Positions 61,701 through 64,000 of a stretch of 64,000 bases of DNA are shown piece after piece. Both the position numbers and the translations under genes were made by a program. Position 1 is the first letter of the stretch. The number at the start of each line of letters is the position of its first letter. Source of the stretch: Oikopleura dioica (lineage: Eukaryota; Animalia; Chordata); NCBI GenBank assembly GCA_907165135.1, contig OU015567.1, positions 11,470,001-11,534,000 of the forward strand, written 5' to 3'. The notes below the pieces were generated by a model that saw only the letters and a program-made list of their open reading frames with translations, was not told the origin of the DNA and did not search any database.

Positions 61701-62400
61701 TTTTGCGCTACTCTCAAATTCAAGAGCTCAGAGCGTAGATTTCGACGATGAAGAGTATCAAAAATACACAAAAGCTGTTCGAAAGCAACCTGAACTCATA
61801 AGGTAACTGGACTTTTAAAGCGTGCATTGATGCTTGAAACTTGACTCGTTGACAGACTCAAAATATTTACGCGCGAATTAAGAAATCAAAGTACGCCGTC
61901 TGACTTGAGTCCACAAAAGCCATCGCAAAAGTCATCAACTCCAAAGGCGCCTGACCGAAAGTCACTGTCACATTCGTCAAAGTCCACTTCGCATTTGGAG
62001 CCGGCCCTGTCGCCGATACCTCGCAGTATGACTCCTGGTAAGCTTCTGTTGAAATCATGGAAGACTAACTCATTTCTTCCCAGCACCACGATCTTCGTCA
62101 TATTTGAACAAATCTGCGCCAACTCCTCGATCGTCTTCAGTCGTTCCTTCAAGAATGATGACTGGTCACGATCTGAGCCCAAGCACAAGAATGACCCCTC
62201 AAAAACAAGGGTCGAGCTACAACCTTGAACTTCTAGAGCAGCTCTCCTTGACGCGCGAAGAATGGGTCGAGTACTTCCGGACGAAGCGACTCCCTCCCCA
62301 CGCCGAACTGGAGCTTGAAAAGCTCACATCTCAAAATGCGCAAAGGGTATCCAAGCCGCTTTTCACTAATCGATCAACACCGTTTGTGACTAAACTCTAG
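58710..62400 (+). CDS. STOX: Storkhead-box (STOX1/2-like) winged-helix transcription factor
   Basis: The exon LLITGTRPSLYRLAEAWRNRLLKAPEHTKILTYG splices to LRMESIPQKTRIELPELVLMAVADLN..IPS..CLTNLLKAKKIYSHSGGF, matching the STOX N-terminus and winged helix. A long Ser/Arg-rich tail follows. The true start lies further 5' and is uncertain. Confidence 0.82.
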
Positions 62401-62682
62401 CAGCACTGTAATTACTGTAGAGCGATTACTGATGATTCAAGCTCAAAAATGTTCATTTTTGACGAGTGATTGTACAAAAATACTGTTCAAGAAATGGTTA
62501 GTTTAGGGACGCGCGCTGAGGAGCGATAGTACTGCATCTGTAAGTTATATTTAAGCCTTTCCTGCATTCCGTCTTCAAAATTTCCTTTGTTTTATTCAAT
62601 AAATACATAAAAATATCTTTAAGTGAGTTTATTCTCAGGATAAAACCGGAATAATGATTTTGATATAATATCAAATAATTAA

Positions 62683-63639
62683 TTACCAAACAGAATGAGC
62701 TTTATCCCAAGATTGGGTCTCCCAACTCGTTTCCCAGCCAGACTCACAATCAGGATTTTTTTCGGTGTCCCATGGGACAGTCTTATCGTTGCTCAAAAGA
62801 GACGATGAACGAGACCTTGAAGGCGTATTAAGTACAAGCGTAGAGGTCTTCGAAATTGTCGATAAATCAGAATGATTATCACTATCAGGAGTTGGAAGGA
62901 AGCTTCGATCAGAAGGAAATTCAGTCTGGATAGAATCTATCCCATCAAGCGTGCTCTGGTTTTCTGGAGATTCTTTTGAAGGTTCAGGACTACCGTTAGT
63001 ATTTTTCGTGATCAAGGTCAATTTTTCTATAAAGAAATTAGATAAATATTTTTTAAACTAATCTAACCAATATTTTTTGCGAGTTGAATATCAATTTCCT
63101 TCTCTTTCGATTTCAGGAACTCCATTTCTTTGAACAGGCGATTGATCACTTCTTTTTTGCGCATAATTTTTTCATTATTTTCCATCCTGACTTCGTTGAG
63201 TCGCTTTACTTTAAAAACTATTTATAAAATCGTATGTTTAAATATTTTTGAGAAAGCCCTACAAATAGAATATAGTAATAATTTTCACCTTCGGCTGCGA
63301 GCTCAAAGGCAGTTTTAGGACTTTCGCCTTTGATGTTACACGTCTTCAAGAGTTTAATATTTTTTTTCTCTTTTAAATCATTATAATATCAAATTCATTT
63401 CTTAAGTAAACAAGCCATCACGAGTGTTGATCAAATCTCCGACTACTTTTATAGCTCCATTTTCTTCCTCTTGTCCCTCTTGTTCCTCTAAATGATCCTC
63501 TTGCTCCTCTCGCTGAACCTCTTCTCCCTCTCGAAGATCCTCTGCTTGCTCGTGTTTCTCCGAAACTTACTGGCCGAAGAGTTTGCTCTGAGGACTGCGA
63601 GTCTTCTGATGAGCTCCATACATTATTGGACCATACCAT
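62683..63639 (-). CDS. Protein with an RG/RGG-rich segment, coiled coil and Ser-rich C-terminus (5' end unclear)
   Basis: ORFs 63418-63639 (RGSSRGRRGSARGARGSFRG) and 62683-63021 can be linked through short GT-AG introns. Confidence 0.45.
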
Positions 63640-64000
63640 AATTTCTGAAATTTATTTTTTCAATATCCAGTTTTACTTTCAAATGAAACAGTTTGTAAGT
63701 CTATCCGTCTGATTGTGTTGGCTCTGATCACGTCATGCCGTATTTCTTCTCTACAAACGCTCGCTTATATAAGCGAGAGGTATTGATATGAATTATCAAT
63801 CAGAAATACAGATACTTTTCGAATGAGCCTCTTTGTAAATATTTCTTCTGGGCTTGCTGCATATTGCAGGGAGAGGTAAAAAGGCTTATAATTCAGCAAA
63901 AATGAAGTCTCTTGTATAAGGTATTGAAAGCTCTTTTTGAGTTGATTTGATCGAACTGTACTCGACTCAGCTTCAATTCTATTCAATGACCTAGAACTCT

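Noticed and set aside
1-64000. tRNA, rRNA, SL RNA genes or CRISPR arrays
   Set aside because: No convincing signatures were seen by eye; a covariance-model scan would be needed to exclude small ncRNAs.

Overview
Compact eukaryotic DNA with short introns, several GA-AG introns and operon-like spacing, most consistent with the larvacean tunicate Oikopleura (inference). From left to right the genes are: a class A GPCR; a small acidic protein ending in a piggyBac-type Cys-rich finger; a giant EF-hand/repeat coiled-coil protein; a low-complexity protein with a possible WRKY/FLYWCH-like finger; a CTIF/MIF4GD-like protein; and a minus-strand, operon-like run NCoR/SMRT > ASCC3 > TIMM44 > motif-less EEF1AKMT1 paralogue > EEF1AKMT1. 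These are followed by two tandem Cys-rich/coiled-coil/RING paralogues, an inactive-looking sPLA2-like secreted protein, a DEG/ENaC channel, an EFCAB9-like protein with a CaaX end, a divergent semaphorin-like protein, a Storkhead-box protein and an RGG/coiled-coil protein. The top observation is a 964-bp hAT-like foldback MITE (about 347-bp TIRs, 8-bp TSD) inserted in a coding exon of ASCC3. Its termini plus TSD create a GT..AG intron whose removal keeps the frame (+6 nt), i.e. an apparent introner-type intron gain in progress. There are also nested Mutator/foldback-like MITEs and a telomeric-repeat hairpin at about 56.4-57.5 kb. Several 1-2 nt frameshifts, mostly in homopolymers, are probably assembly errors. 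Gene models were read by eye, so exon boundaries are approximate where stated.
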